From Lama glama (taxonomy: Eukaryota), in the NCBI GenBank assembly GCA_028534125.1, contig CM052817.1, forward strand, positions 98,396,001-98,460,000: DNA of 64,000 nt, in the 5' to 3' direction. A program made the translations under genes and the position numbers. The notes beneath the pieces were generated by a model. The model searched no databases. It was not told the DNA's origin and was given only the letters and a program-made list of their open reading frames with translations. Within the stretch, counting starts at the first letter, position 1. Each line of letters opens with the position of its first letter. Shown here one piece after another: positions 51,319-64,000 of this stretch.

Positions 51319-53356
51319 ATAATAAAATTGGAAATAACATAAACGTCCAGTAATGGGAGATTGGTTAAGTAAACTATAGAATATACAAACTTGGATTGTT
51401 TTTGATAACAAAAATTTTGCCTATGAAGTTGTTTACATTATACAGAAAATTGAAAATATTACATATATATATACCTTATTGCTTTTCATTATGAACAGAA
51501 AATCCGTAAACAAAAGGACTAAGCAAAAATGTGCCAAAATGCTGAAAGTGATAGCTTCTGGCTTGATTTGACCAGATTTTTGTCTGTATTCTCCTCTTTT
51601 CTTTTGTTATTGAATGTGGGGTTCATAAATTCTTAGTATCTGACTCACATCCAGCCACCCTTTGAGGAAAACTATCCTAATTGTATTTTCCTCATACAGG
51701 CTGCCCCAGGACCTAACCCATAGTTTATTTATGAAATCACCAGACTGGCTGCCTGAGCTCTAGAAGGACTGCATTAGGAAGTAGTCCTTGAGTCTGAGAC
51801 AAACACGTAAGTTGGACAAAAGAGGTTAAGTACACTGAACATGTTTGGCTCAAACCCTGCCTACTTTAGTCTCTATAATGTTACATGGAAACAATCTGAC
51901 ACAATCAAGTCTTTAACAGTTTAATGTTAAGTGAATGAACAGAAGCAGGTTATTAGCTGAAAGATTAAGCAACTTCTCTACTTCTCTTTGAAACAGGTTG
52001 ATAGTTCCAGTGTCTGGAAATATGGAAGCTAGAATAACCATGGGGCTAAGGGGATGATTTTCCACAATGCCTTCAGATATATGTTCCATCCCTAAAGGAA
52101 ATATGCACATGCCTCTTCCTTCCAGTTGTAAGTAATGTGACCTGAATATCTGACTTTCCAGAAGTTCTATAATGAAAACATATTTTTCTGTAATATGAAA
52201 GGATGATTAAGCTTTAGAAAACATAAACTATCTACAAAGTATTTTGTCACAAATCTTCAGTATTTTATTTATTCACAGGTTATGCATGAGCTAGAATTAT
52301 TTTTCAAATTCTGGAATGCGCTAGTCTTTTTAAAAAAATAAAAACAAGAATCTAATCCCCTAAGAAAGATTGTAATTTTTAGTTTTTTCCATCTGTCTCT
52401 GATGATTGGCTTGTCAGAAGACTGAAGTTCATCAATATATCACCTTTACTAAAAACCGATTAAAGCAACGCATTCAATAGAAGAAAAAAGATTCTGGTGA
52501 CAGAAAACAAGACAATCAGAACAGCATTTTAGCCTTGCTTACGTTGTATGTTTATTTCAAATGTTTCACTCTACTCTTTCCTACTCTCCTAGTCATAGCT
52601 AATATCGAGCTTGTGTGTCACCTCACAAGGTCCATACCATATATAATTAGTGAAAACTTAAAACTAAATTGCAGGCAGAGTATTGTAGAAAATTAAATTA
52701 AAAATTTATGTAGATACAGAGTGATTCACAAAGCCCAAGTCTATAAAGCTACAGCAAGTATCATACATAAATATAACAAACAAGACTAGTGAAATAAGCT
52801 AATGACAAGGACTTTCTATTTCTTATGATCGATATTTACAATTATTAGTTTTAAGGATTAGTCAGTTTCTACCTGTCCTTTTCAGTATCACCAGAAAGGA
52901 AGCAAAGATAAAACATAAACCAATGTTTCTACTTGTTATAACCACAAGTGAAAGTCTTAAGTTCTGAGTGGATGATGAAAATTCTGAATATCAATGTGTT
53001 AAATATCTATGAAGCTCAGTAGCCATGTGGACTCTGTTTCCTTTATTACTAATAAATGAAAATTGATTGTACTAATAAAATATTTCACAGATGCTCTGTC
53101 TTCTTACTCCTACACATCAAAAGATCAAATTCAACAAAATTTGGTTCTTTTGAGAAACATAGTATGCATCACTTCAGCAGAAACTTTAAGAATAAGTGAG
53201 GACAAAATTAGGTTCATTTCTTAATTTATCTTAGTGGTTTTACTAACTACTATGTCCATGCATGAATTTTCCCCCTAGTTAAAGTGCTGTACTTGCCTTA
53301 AGCTAGAAAGTGTTGAAGTCCATCTCCCCTCATTTGCCTATGCCATGGTGCCCACC

Positions 53357-53710
53357 TGTTGATTTTAATGTGTTGACTTGTCTAAGACACACTGCCCATA
53401 TATTTAGTCAAACATACCTGGATGTTACCGAAAAAGGTATTTTTAGAAGATATTAACATTTAAATCTGCTTTGAGTAAAGCAGACTGCCCTCTATAATGT
53501 GGGTGAGCCTCATCCAATCAGTTGAAGTTCTTAAGAAAAAGACTAATCTCCCCTGAAGAAGAGAGAATTCTGCCAGCAAACTGTCTTCAGACTTGAAATG
53601 TAACATCAACTCTTCCCTGGGTCTCCAACCTGCCAGCCTACACTACAGATTTTGGACTTGCTAGCCTCTACAATTGCATAAACTAATTCCTTAAAATAAA
53701 TCTCTTCATG
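53357..53710 (+). mobile_element. MLT2-family ERVL LTR (3' end lost)
   Basis: tttgagtaaagcagactgccctctataatgtgggtgagcctcatccaatcagttgaag...caactcttccctgggtctcc...aattccttaaaataaatctc. Confidence 0.88.
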
Positions 53711-53789
53711 TATGAGGCATAGGAGTGGGAGAGAGATTCATTTTTTAAAAATTACATATGGAGAAAGAGAGAGAAATATATCTATCTCT

Positions 53790-54232
53790 CAGCTTTATTT
53801 ATAACAATTAAAAACGGGAAACAATTCAGATTAGCAGAACAGATAGATACCCTGTGGTACTGTCAAACAATTGACTACTACTCAGCAGTAAAAAGAATAC
53901 ACTACTGATACACGCAACAACATGGATAAATCTCAAAAACATTTTGCTAAATGAAAGAAGTAAGACAAGAACACGTACATAATATATGATTTCACTTATA
54001 TGAAATTCCTAAATTGCCAAAACTAAACTATGATGATAGAAATCAGATCAGTGTTTCCTTCTAGAGGTGGAGAGCAGGGAAGGGGTAGATTGACTGGGAA
54101 GTGGTAGACAGGAAATTCCTGAACTGATAGTAATGCTGTGTCTTGATATCTGTTTCTCAAAACTGGATGAATGGTACATTTGAGATACGAGCATTTCATT
54201 ACTGTAAATTATATTTCAATAAAAAAGAAGTT
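53790..54232 (+). mobile_element. L1ME-type 3' end
   Basis: actactgatacacgcaacaacatggataaatctcaaaaacattttgctaaatgaaagaag...tgatagaaatcagatcagtg...gtaaattatatttcaataaaaaa. Confidence 0.85.
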
Positions 54233-54338
54233 AAATATTTTATGTATCTTCTATTATTATCTCCACACAAGTGACATATTACTGTTATGGTGTCAAATCA
54301 AATTTGAATTATAGTCCTAAAAGGTTAAAAATCTCCTC

Positions 54339-54750
54339 ATACTAAGTGAAGTAAGCCAGAAAGAGAAAGAAAAATACCATCTATCATTCATTGTGTAACC
54401 TAAAAAAAAAGAAAGAAAAAGGACACTAATGAATTCATCTACAAAACAGAAATAGACTTGCAGACATAGTAAACAATCTTATGGTTACCAGGGGAAATAG
54501 GGTGGGAAGGGATAAATTTGGGAGTTTGAGATTTGCAAATGTTGGCCACTATATATAAAAATAGATGTAAAAAAAAAAAAACCCAAGTTTCTTCTGTATA
54601 GCACAGGGAACTATATTCAGTATCTTGTAATAACCTTTAATGAAAAAGAATATAAAAATGAATATATGTATGTATATGTATGACTGGGACATTGTGCTGT
54701 ACACCAGAAATTGATACATTGTAACTGACTATACATCTATTAAAAAAAAA
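54339..54750 (+). mobile_element. Young camelid-type L1 3' end with poly(A) and TSD
   Basis: atactaagtgaagtaagccagaaagagaaagaaaaatacc...gggataaatttgggagtttgagatttgcaaatg...gactgggacattgtgctgtacaccagaaattg; TSD aaaaatctcctc / aaaaaactcctc. Confidence 0.92.
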
Positions 54751-57559
54751 AAAACTCCTCGCAAATATCTTAAAGGTACTTTCTATTTGAAGTTGAGAAC
54801 AAATAATTCACAAAACAATTGAGAGCATTTCAAAATCTAAATAGCCAAGTAGTTTTCCTGGGACCAAGCTCCTGTTCTCTCATGGAAAATGAACTAAATT
54901 TAAAAATAATTTTCCAAATATTGCATTCAGGTGGTTTTCTGTTGAGGATGATCAGAATTCCTGTAGATATTTCAAATTTATTAGTATGAGACTTTTTAAC
55001 TTTAGAACTTATACAGTATTTATTGATTTGAGCATTAATTCTCCATTCTAAAATTAGTAATCAAAGTTTAATACTTCACAATTTACAGTTAACTTTTACA
55101 TAAACAGTCTCATCTGATTCTCATATCCAACATGAAAAATAGAGGGATTCCCTCCCTCATTATAAATAAGACAAAATTATGGTTTTCTCTTCTTATACTC
55201 TTCTTCTTTATCATGCTTGAAATTCCTGTTTAACTATTTTCCTCTTTGATTCCTTAAATTCTAACCACATTTTCCACCTCTATACATCTCCATTTAATTT
55301 TTTTCTTTGGTTAAGATCCTCACTGTTCCTGAATAAATTATCCTTTTTATCCAACTTTGTTTTTTCATTTTGAGGCCAATCTTGAGATACAAAAACAATT
55401 TTAATGGAGCCAAGAATACAGTAAAAGTTTTTTAACAACCAGGTTAACATCTTTGATGGACCCTTCAGAAAATATTTGTTCTCATTTTCACTGATGCTTA
55501 AAAGCCCAACTCTGACAAAACAAAATAATACCAAAATAAGAATTATAACTAAAAAGAATAACATAAAAACTAATTTTATTTAGCCATTTTACTTATTCTC
55601 CTCTGCATCAATTTATTAACTCTAACAAAATTATTTTGAGACTCATGTTACTATAATCACACACAAAATTCCATCTATTTTTAATTATGCATTATTTCAG
55701 AAACACTAACAATTATAAAATTATAAACGCCATTTTAAAAATTCATGTTCTACAGATTAATTGTGGAAAAACAATTTCACTCACATACAATTAGATGAAA
55801 ATGATTAGGGGGCAATTAAGATCATGAAAAGCTTAAGAATCCTTTTAAAAGTCTGTTTTCTTTTTTTGTAAAGTGGTAAATAAATGGTATCTTTTTTAAA
55901 CACAACAACAGAAAATGCATCAGTCAATTAAATATTTTTTCACTACATTTCCAAAACAATTTTGTCCCACAGAGGAATTTAAGCCAAAAATTAGAAACCC
56001 AGAAAAAGAAAACTTTCTAACATTCAATTGTCCTTATTTCCATGCGTTAGCCTTCTATTCCAAGTCAGATAAGCTTGCAAAATATACGATGACATACATG
56101 TAATTTACTATGGTCATGAATTATTAATTTCAATTTTGAAAACTTATGCCAGAGAAACTACCTTAGGCATAAAAAGGGGGATATAAATCTAGTTGGAAAA
56201 TTGCCTTTTAAAAAAGGCAAGTTAAAAGAATAAGATCTAGCTTTTTGTATTCTAAAATTAGTTCCAAAGTCACTGTAAGTAAATGAATCAACATCAAGAT
56301 TTTGGTTGTCTATGGACAAAGTTAAATGTTCAGTGTGTATATTCAACAAGAAATATCCCAAACAGAGAATGAAGGGGGTGGGGGAAACAACTTTCAGAAA
56401 ATGCTCTGACAGAGATTCGCTTTATGGAACTGATGATACAAGTAATTATTATGACATTTAATAAGTAGCACTTTGAACAACTGCTAAGCCCCAGTAAACC
56501 TTCAGGTCAAACCACCTTGGCTTTTATTTGTTTTTAAGCAAAAGAACTGTAGCATATTTTGCCAGCATAGTTTCACTACCTCACGTTTAAAAGATTCATA
56601 TGCATGAAATGCTTGAAAGAAACATCACTTATATACACTGTATTTCCCAGTGGACATATCTTAGCACAAACTGATAAAAATAAAGGGCCATAAAATAGGA
56701 AAGCCATTTTCATATCCATTGGTGTGTAATCGAATAGATTCTTTGAATACTTGCTATAAATTAGTTTCAAGTTAAAAACACTGAAATATTTTACCTTTTG
56801 CAAAGCAGTCAGGAATGACAAAAAGCATTCTTTTACCCCTTTAGCAAAGAAGGGATACTCTGTGATCTCAACAGTTACTGCCTTCATCTATCTAAACTAT
56901 AAACCCATCTCAAGGACTGCACAAGAAAATTTGGGGCTCCTTCAAAGCGCAATCATCCAAATACAACAGAGATTCTCATTGGTTTAAAGTACATTTTAGA
57001 ACACTAGAATATTGTTCCAGGATATTAAATTTGAAGAATGACCGACTTTGGCTTCCCTGTGAGTTAGGACACAATAATGAATAGCTCTCCTCAGACTCAG
57101 AGATTCAAAACTATATTGAGGGACCCAAACATGTCTTCTGGTCCATAAAATTTGTATCAACCTTTGCCATATGTATTAGAGAAAACATAGCAAGTATTTT
57201 TTAATTAGGAATAATAAATATGCTAGTTACATAGCAGAACTCATACATAATACAGTACCTGCTCGAGAGGGGTGTATGTCCTAAGACAGATATATTCAAT
57301 ATGAATCGGTAGCCTATAGATTAATGCTCACCTTTTTTTTTTAACTTTTTTTTTCTTTTTTAAAACTTTTTTTCCAAATCAAAAGTGTTATTTAGCACAG
57401 CTACACTCTATCAGGCCAGCAATACTCACTACTCATAGGATGATAACATACCATGATTTTCATCAGAGCCAAACTAATTGTTACACCTAATATTTCAGTT
57501 CAATACATTGCTTTGTCGCCTTCAACCTCAGCAGGTATTTCTTTCATAGTTACTAGATG

Positions 57560-57690
57560 CAGCTAAACAATGGATGCTTACTGTGTGCCAGGCATGTGCT
57601 AAGAACAAGATGAACAAGATAGCCTCAGGCTTTGAGAAATACATAGTCTAGTAGGGAAAAGTAAACAAAGACAAGTCACCATCACTTTGT
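57560..57690 (-). mobile_element. L2 3' fragment
   Basis: tgcttactgtgtgccaggcatgtgctaag...gatgaacaagatagcctc...acatagtctagtaggg. Confidence 0.75.
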
Positions 57691-58268
57691 GGTAAGTTAT
57701 TTACTAGATTTATCTATAAGGGCTCAGTCAGAGGCAAAGCAACTCTACCAGAGGAAGTCCAGGGTCATTTTCACAGGTGACAGGACACTCAAGGATGCAA
57801 GAGTGGGTCTAGCATGGGCTGGAAGAGTTTCTGTCCCTCAGAGGAGTGAGGGCTCTGAGTCCCACATTCTCAGGACACTCAAATCGTCTTTGGAGATCCC
57901 TGAGACTAAACTCCAGAGCACTGTTTTGCCAGACAGTAAAGTGTAGGTGAGAAAACCCAGTCAAAGTCCAGAAGTTGCCCATGATACCCACAGAGGCTGG
58001 TCAGGCAGAACAAGACTGGGCAGTCAGGAACCTCTCAAGAAACCTAACAAATTGTTTAACAATGTGGCGTTTTCCTAGCTGCTGTAACTAGGATATCCAA
58101 ATAAACCTCTCCATTAGATCAGCCCATCAATTATTGCTTTAAACAGCAGTTCAAAGATTCTGCCTTCTTACTGCTATTTCATAGCATAATTTTACAATAA
58201 GTGATGAGGTGGTCAGAACTTATCCTCTGTACCTAATGGCCTCTGCAGTGGTAAAGTGGTCCAGGTGT

Positions 58269-58379
58269 ACAGTGAGCAACCATCCCAGTTTGCCCAAGAC
58301 GGCTTCTACTTTAGCACTGAAAATCTCAAATCCTGGCAACATCCACAGTCCAGGGCAAACTGAGCCAATTGGTTACCCT
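58269..58379. mobile_element. MER94-like hAT-Blackjack MITE
   Basis: Inverted arms caaccatcccagtttgccc ... gggcaaactgagccaattggttaccct around tttagcactgaaa. Confidence 0.85.
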
Positions 58380-58449
58380 AAGATGTCCCTCTCCTGAGCT
58401 TCTAACAGAATAGGTGCTCAGCCTTGCTTTCCCTGGTGAATTTGTTCTT

Positions 58450-59265
58450 TTAAAAATCTATTATCATAAAATGTAACGTACATAAAGTACATAAAATGCT
58501 ATGTGCACAGATATTAACAAATAGTGGGTTACTTAGTACCAGAAACAATGTATTTGCCACCTCTCGAGAGGACTTCCTTCCCAAAGTACTTTCCCTCTCC
58601 CGAGAGCTAGTTACTTCCCTGACTTCCCTTTATAAACATTTGTCTTTTCTAAAATAAATTTACCAATAATTAATTAAACTATTAACCTTAGTTTTACCTT
58701 CTTATTTGAACTTGATCTACCAAAATATGCCTGTGTTTTGCTTTCAGTACTTAACATCATGTTTATAAAATTCCACATTGCTGCATGTAGATACAAGTTG
58801 TCCACTTTCTTGAAATATACTGTTTCCTTGGATGCATTTACCACTATTTGTTCATTATTGTGCTATTGATGATATCTGAATTGTTTCCAGTTTGGGGTTA
58901 TTAGAGTACACTGCTATGAACATTCTTGTAGACACATCCTATGGACACATGCTAGATGTTTTCTAGCGCAAGTCTGTGGATTAACAGAATCCTCAACATC
59001 TGGGAGCTTGACAGAAGTGCAGATGCTCAGGTCCCAACTCAGACCTACTAAATCAGAATATTCATTTTTAACAAGATTCCTCTGCACATTAGAGTCTGTG
59101 CAAATACTATGCAGTCCAGGGTGAGAAGCACTGCTCTAGATTGAGAGCTAAGGAGTGGAATCACTACAATTAAGCTTTACTTGATACCAGTGAGAGTCCC
59201 CAGCCTTCCACATCCTCACCAACACTTCGTACTGTCGTTCTTTTAGATCTGTAACTATCTGGTGG
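58450..59265 (-). mobile_element. L1ME 3' region with nested MER5A (~58965-59135)
   Basis: ttgtttccagtttggggttatt...ctgctatgaacattcttgta; MER5A: ctgggagcttgacagaagtgcagatgctcaggtccc...agacctactaaatcagaa...ttttaacaagattc. Confidence 0.8.
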
Positions 59266-60199
59266 GTGTGGTCTGGACTCTCCTAGATTTCCTTTGTATA
59301 GATGTTATCTTGCAGCCAAGGAAATGTGGTCACAACTCCTCAGGGAATTTCTTTTTTCACAGTTTTATAAAGTCCTGCACTGGCTGCAGAAGGAATGGGA
59401 TACATTCTAGATTGCTCTTATCTTGGGTTAACATGGGGTGGCTCTTTTATAAAAATCTCCAATATTGCCAGGCCTTAAGCCTTGACTCTGTCCTCCTTCC
59501 CAACATGCTTGCTTTTCCCAGGTGTGCAGTATAACAATGCCTTCGTGACATAAACAGGTTAACCACTCCAATGTTCTGCTTCTCACTCTGGCTATAGGTA
59601 GTTGATCAAAAATTGACATGTGGAGGACCCCACTGTCTTTTTAGTTCTTCAGTGATTTTTAAGATTTTTTTTTGAAAAGCATTACTTATTTTTAATTTTT
59701 TTATTATTTCAAAAGTGATGATTCACCCAAATAACACTTCTCTCCATTAACTAAATAAATACCTCATTAGAATTATCAAATTATTTAAGCCAGAGTTGGA
59801 TAGATTTTGTTACTCACAAACTAAAACAAGAGACTATTCCAATGTTTACATTTCCTTGGCTACAAGATAACACGTTTTATAGTCTTATATAAGTATTTAC
59901 CTGTCCATAAGTAAATAACTAAGCAATGCTGGACTATATTTCTATATCCTGAGATAATAATCACTGGCAGGTCTCCAAACACCTTTTTCCCAATTTAAAA
60001 AAAGATACAAATTTAAACATACTATTAAAATAAGGAAATCAGTATGTCTCAATGGTTCAATACAGCTGTTATAAAAAGCACAATGTGTTTCTAAAAAACT
60101 TTAGAGATGTTTCACAAAAATATTATTTATCTGTTAAAAAATGAATTGTGAGTTAGAATAATCAGCTAATCCAGTCTCTACCAAAAGATACTTACACTA

Positions 60200-60640
60200 T
60201 ATGTTATGGGTTAAATTGTTTCCTCCTAAAAAAAGAGATGTTGAAGTCAACCTCCAGTACCTCAGAATATCATCTCTTTGGAAACACAGTCATTGCAGAT
60301 ATAATTAGTTAAATGAAGATGATGTCATACTATAGTAGGGTGAGCCCTTAATCCAATGATTCATGTCCCTATAAGAGGAGAGACAGATAAACAAGAGGGC
60401 TATGTAAAGTCAGAAGCACAGATTGGAGGTACACTGCCATAAGCCAAGTAATGCCTGGCACTATTAGAAGCTGGAACAGACAAGAAAGGATCCCCTGAAG
60501 GGGCTTCAGAGGGACCATGGCCCTGACAATGCTTGGGTTTTGGACTTCTAGCCTCCAGAACTGTAAGAGAATACATTTCTGTTGTTTTAAACCACTCAGT
60601 TTGTGGCAATTTGTTACAGTAGCTGTAACAAACTAATGCA
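60200..60640 (+). mobile_element. MLT1C MaLR solo LTR
   Basis: tgttatgggttaaattg...cttcagagggaccatggccctgac...ttggacttctagcctccagaactgtaagagaatacatttctgttgttttaa...aaactaatgca; TSD cacta/cccta. Confidence 0.92.
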
Positions 60641-61816
60641 CCCTATTAAAATGTTATTTTTCACTTTACATCTTAGCAACTTTTGAAGAAACTATAAGAT
60701 TATCATTTAACATAAAAATACAGATAGGTAAGAATAAGCTTTGTGTTAAACATTGATGTATGAACTGTAAATCTTTCAAGGAAGCTTTCTTCTCACTATT
60801 TGCTTCAGTTACTCAAAATATTATCATGCCTCCTCATTTGTAAGTTTTGGAGGGAAAATATAGTCTTTGCCCCTTCTTCTCTTGTAAATAGTCCAAAAAT
60901 AATGATAAAAATGAAAAGATCAGAAAAGCAAATTCCTTGGATGAAATGAGAAGACCTCCATAACTCTGAAGCATAGTATATGAGAAAGAGCTTACAAATA
61001 TAAATGAAAGTTAAATGAGAGTTAAAGAAAGAGAAGGTAGAGATGCCTACAGTTGTCAATCTGGGACAATGCGGAGAACAACTCTCTAAAATAAGTAGCT
61101 ACAACCTGAGGAGCAAATCCTTTTGGAAAAATGGAACTTATCCTGACAGCAGAAGCACCATGGACCAGATTTTCACAAGGTCTCAAGAAGTCCTTGACAA
61201 GTAGGGCTGAATGAGGAATAACACAGACGAGGCATATTTTCAGAACTCAACCACCTTTTGTGAGGCATAAGGAGAGAGAGTCAGCAATATGAGTTATGCT
61301 TCAGAGGGAAGACACACAGCTGGAGGGAAGACAAGTCTAAAGGAACTCATGCACAAACAAGGACCTGTGTCATTAAAGGTGTCTCCCCTTAACCCGAAAC
61401 ACTATTCTGGCCACTGAGATACACCAACCTCCAAACCTCCTACAAGTGGCTGGTCGAGGAAGAGCTCACCACAAAGTGAGTAATGAAAAAAGAAAAAAAA
61501 ACTAGCATAAAAGGTATACAAAAAATACTGTAGAAACAAATAAAATGGAAAAGGTGCTTTAAAAAATACAACAGATGAATACCATGAGAAAAAGTATTTC
61601 CAGAATAAGAAACTATGAAAAATATTGCCACAAACAGTGTAAACATTTTGACAAAACATATTGCCTAAGGTTTTTGGAGGAAAAAAAGGTAACTGTTTCT
61701 ATTAAAATACTCCCCCCTAAAAAAAAAGGAATATAAAAGCTGAAGATACAATGAGATAATAGAAATAACCACTTGAGCTGGTAGAAAAAAGTAAAATCAT
61801 TTGCAGAAATGAAGAC

Positions 61817-62041
61817 ATATGTCCTCCAGGGCATTATGCTAAGTGAAATAAGTCAGACAGAGAAAGAGAAATACTATATGATCTCTTATTTATGGAACAT
61901 ATGAATACACACACACACACAGAGTTCATAGATACAGAGAACAGACTGGTGGTTACCAGAGGCAGGTAGTGGGGAATGGGAGAAATGGGTGAACTGTTTT
62001 TGTTTTTCACTCATTTAAGTAAATTGAATTTTTTTTTAAAA
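61817..62041 (+). mobile_element. Short L1 3' fragment with 12-bp TSD inside an older L1/HAL1 remnant
   Basis: gggcattatgctaagtgaaataagtcagacagagaaagag...gaacagactggtggttaccagagg; TSD agaaatgaagac at 61805-61816 and 62042-62053. Confidence 0.85.
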
Positions 62042-62869
62042 AGAAATGAAGACTGACTATGGGACATTGAAAATAGGACTGACAGAAGTGGACAACATGA
62101 AAAATAATAAAGAAAGAGTTTAAAAGGAATACAAGAAAAAAGACAGACACATACATAGGAAACAGGCAAAAGAAGAATAAAAACAAAATAACTGAATAAA
62201 AATTTATTAAAATAGTTTCAGGAGCAATTACCAAAATAAAACAAACTTAGGATCTTCAAATTGAATGACATACTTTATATCAAGAAAAAAACTATCTGTT
62301 TGATGCTCATCAAAACACATCTCAGAAATATTATTAGAATTCAGAAATAAAGAATCCTTTGAATAGTCAGGCAAAAAGAACAATATGCCTATAAGAAGCA
62401 AAGCCCCAAACTAGAACACAGTAGGGAAATGTCTACAACATACTCAATAAAAATCAGTGACATAATAAGGCTTTTATCCTAGCCTAGATGACACAACCAG
62501 TAAATAACAAAACTAACTGAAATTTTGAGAGGGAAAAGAAGTTGGTAAATGATATAAGTAGCTGATTTCAACATCATTTATAATCAAGGGGAAAAAAGTA
62601 TCATTTGGAATTAGTAATAATTGCATGATCAAAACTAGGTGCATTTAAAGTATGAAGGTGTACAGTAAGAGAAAAAACATATCTAACAAAATATGGTGGT
62701 AGATGAAGGAGAGGGGAGGGAAGAACAAATAGATACATATAAATTCCATTTCTGTTCATGGGAGTGGTCATAGTTCTGTATAAAGAAAATATGTCTCCTG
62801 CTTATGAAATATTAACTGCTATAGCAATTGGACTCGTGTCACAAACAACTAGAAAACTGGATAAAAGAT

Positions 62870-63875
62870 TTATTATAAACATATGGTAATTAGGAGAATG
62901 CAGCATTCTTCTATGAATTAACTGATGGAACAGAAAAAGAACTCACAAAAAACCCTACCTATGCATAAGTGGACACTTAGTATATGACAGAGGTGACCCT
63001 GAAGACTACTAGGTAAAAAGGGACTTTTCAGAAAATATTTCTAGGACACCTGAATGTCTCTATGACACAGGAGTGGCAGAGAAGGGGGAGGGAATAAAAC
63101 TGGACCCTTCTCTCACACCTTGAACAAAAATCAATTCCTTTATGTTTAAAAACCTAAATACATAAATTAAAACTATAACTAGTTAGAAGATAATAATGGA
63201 CATTAATTTAATGACCTTTAGGTAGCAAAGAATTTCATGTTTTAAAACCAAGATACAAAAAGAAATAGTCATAAAGGAAACTGATACATTCAATTTCTAT
63301 TTATCAAAAGACATCGTAAAATAGTATATAAAGACAAGTCATGGAGTTGGAGACTTTTTTTCAACTTATACAGTCAGCAAAGGTGCAGTTTATGAAATTT
63401 TATAAAGAGTTTTTACAAGTTAGTAAGAAAAAGAAAACAACTCAAAAGAAAATTGGGAAAAAAGCAAGTGAATAAGATTTTTAAAAAGAAGAAATCTAAA
63501 ATGGCCAAGAAGCATATTAACAGAATACTCAATCTCATCAAAAATTTGCAAAATGCAAATTAAAATAAACAACTTTTAAAATACTGAATCCCAGTTCATT
63601 GGCAGAAATGCATGCATTTAATAATTCCAAGCACCGAAGAGGATGTGAAACAATGGGGATGTTCGTTCTCTGCAAGTGTAAATGTGAATTAGAGCTAATC
63701 TTGTAATACAGTTTGGCATTATTGAGAAGTTGGAGGTATACATAACCCATAAACCAGAAAATTATCTCCTTGGTATAAACCCTAGAGAAATTCTTATTCA
63801 TGAGCACTAAGGGATATACACAGTATGGTTCGTAATAGTTCTAAAGTGAAAACAATATAATGTGCATCAAGAATA
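62870..63875 (+). mobile_element. Old L1ME ORF2 3' region
   Basis: tatatgacagaggtg; aaactggacccttctctcacacc...aaaaatcaattcc; aaatggccaagaagcatatt; aaaccctagagaaattcttattcatg. Confidence 0.85.
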
Positions 63876-63879
63876 TACT

Positions 63880-63988
63880 AGGGAGGAGGCAGAGCATATG
63901 CTTTGCACATGCAATGTGCTGGGTTCAATCCCCAGTACTGCTTTCAGAAATAAATAAATAAACCTAATTCCTCCCCCCCCCAAAAAAA
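63880..63988 (+). mobile_element. Vic-1-like camelid tRNA-derived SINE (A-box region deleted)
   Basis: gggagg...agagcatatgctttgcacatgcaatgtgctgggttcaatccccagtac, B box gggttcaatcc, tail aaataaataaataaacctaattcctccccc + poly(A). Confidence 0.8.
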
Positions 63989-64000
63989 AGTTAAAAAAAT

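Noticed and set aside
56576..56583. ctacctca let-7 seed match
   Set aside because: Intronic and on the strand opposite the transcript; expected by chance.
57686..58050. GC-richer block with tg...ca ends as another LTR
   Set aside because: No TSD, TATA/poly(A) layout or recognisable family; left unassigned.
63880..63940. tRNA gene
   Set aside because: No A box or cloverleaf; it has a SINE tail.
1..64000. Prokaryote-type systems (CRISPR, operons, defence loci) and the remaining ORF-track entries
   Set aside because: The DNA is mammalian intron; the ORFs are short, often start at GTG/TTG, and overlap repeats or low-complexity sequence.

Overview
AT-rich, CpG-depleted mammalian DNA, very likely camelid (camel/alpaca/llama), judged from a Vic-1-like tRNA-derived SINE at the right end and camelid-type young L1 3' tails. 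The window lies inside one minus-strand gene that I recognise as IQCM. Three internal coding exons (40821-40933, 21625-21683, 2094-2292) have canonical AG/GT ends and matching phases (1/0, 0/2, 2/0). They splice into one open frame ending in an IQ motif (IQALIRGWLER). The start and end of the gene lie outside the window. The rest is intron, rich in transposon relics (L1 of several ages, L2, MIR, CR1/L3, MaLR/ERVL/ERV1 solo LTRs, MER5, MER46C, MER94) and microsatellites. Nearly all ORFs in the supplied track are noise. I see no convincing new biological system. The best leads are an unlisted, frame- and phase-compatible 336-nt exon-like segment (3120-3455), two further exon-like segments behind strong acceptors, a recursive-splice-like AG|GT junction, two independent insertions of one LTR family under 1 kb apart, and two twin-primed (5'-inverted) L1 insertions. 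Repeat names and the IQCM comparison come from recalled sequences, not from a search; boundaries without a stated TSD or splice site are approximate.
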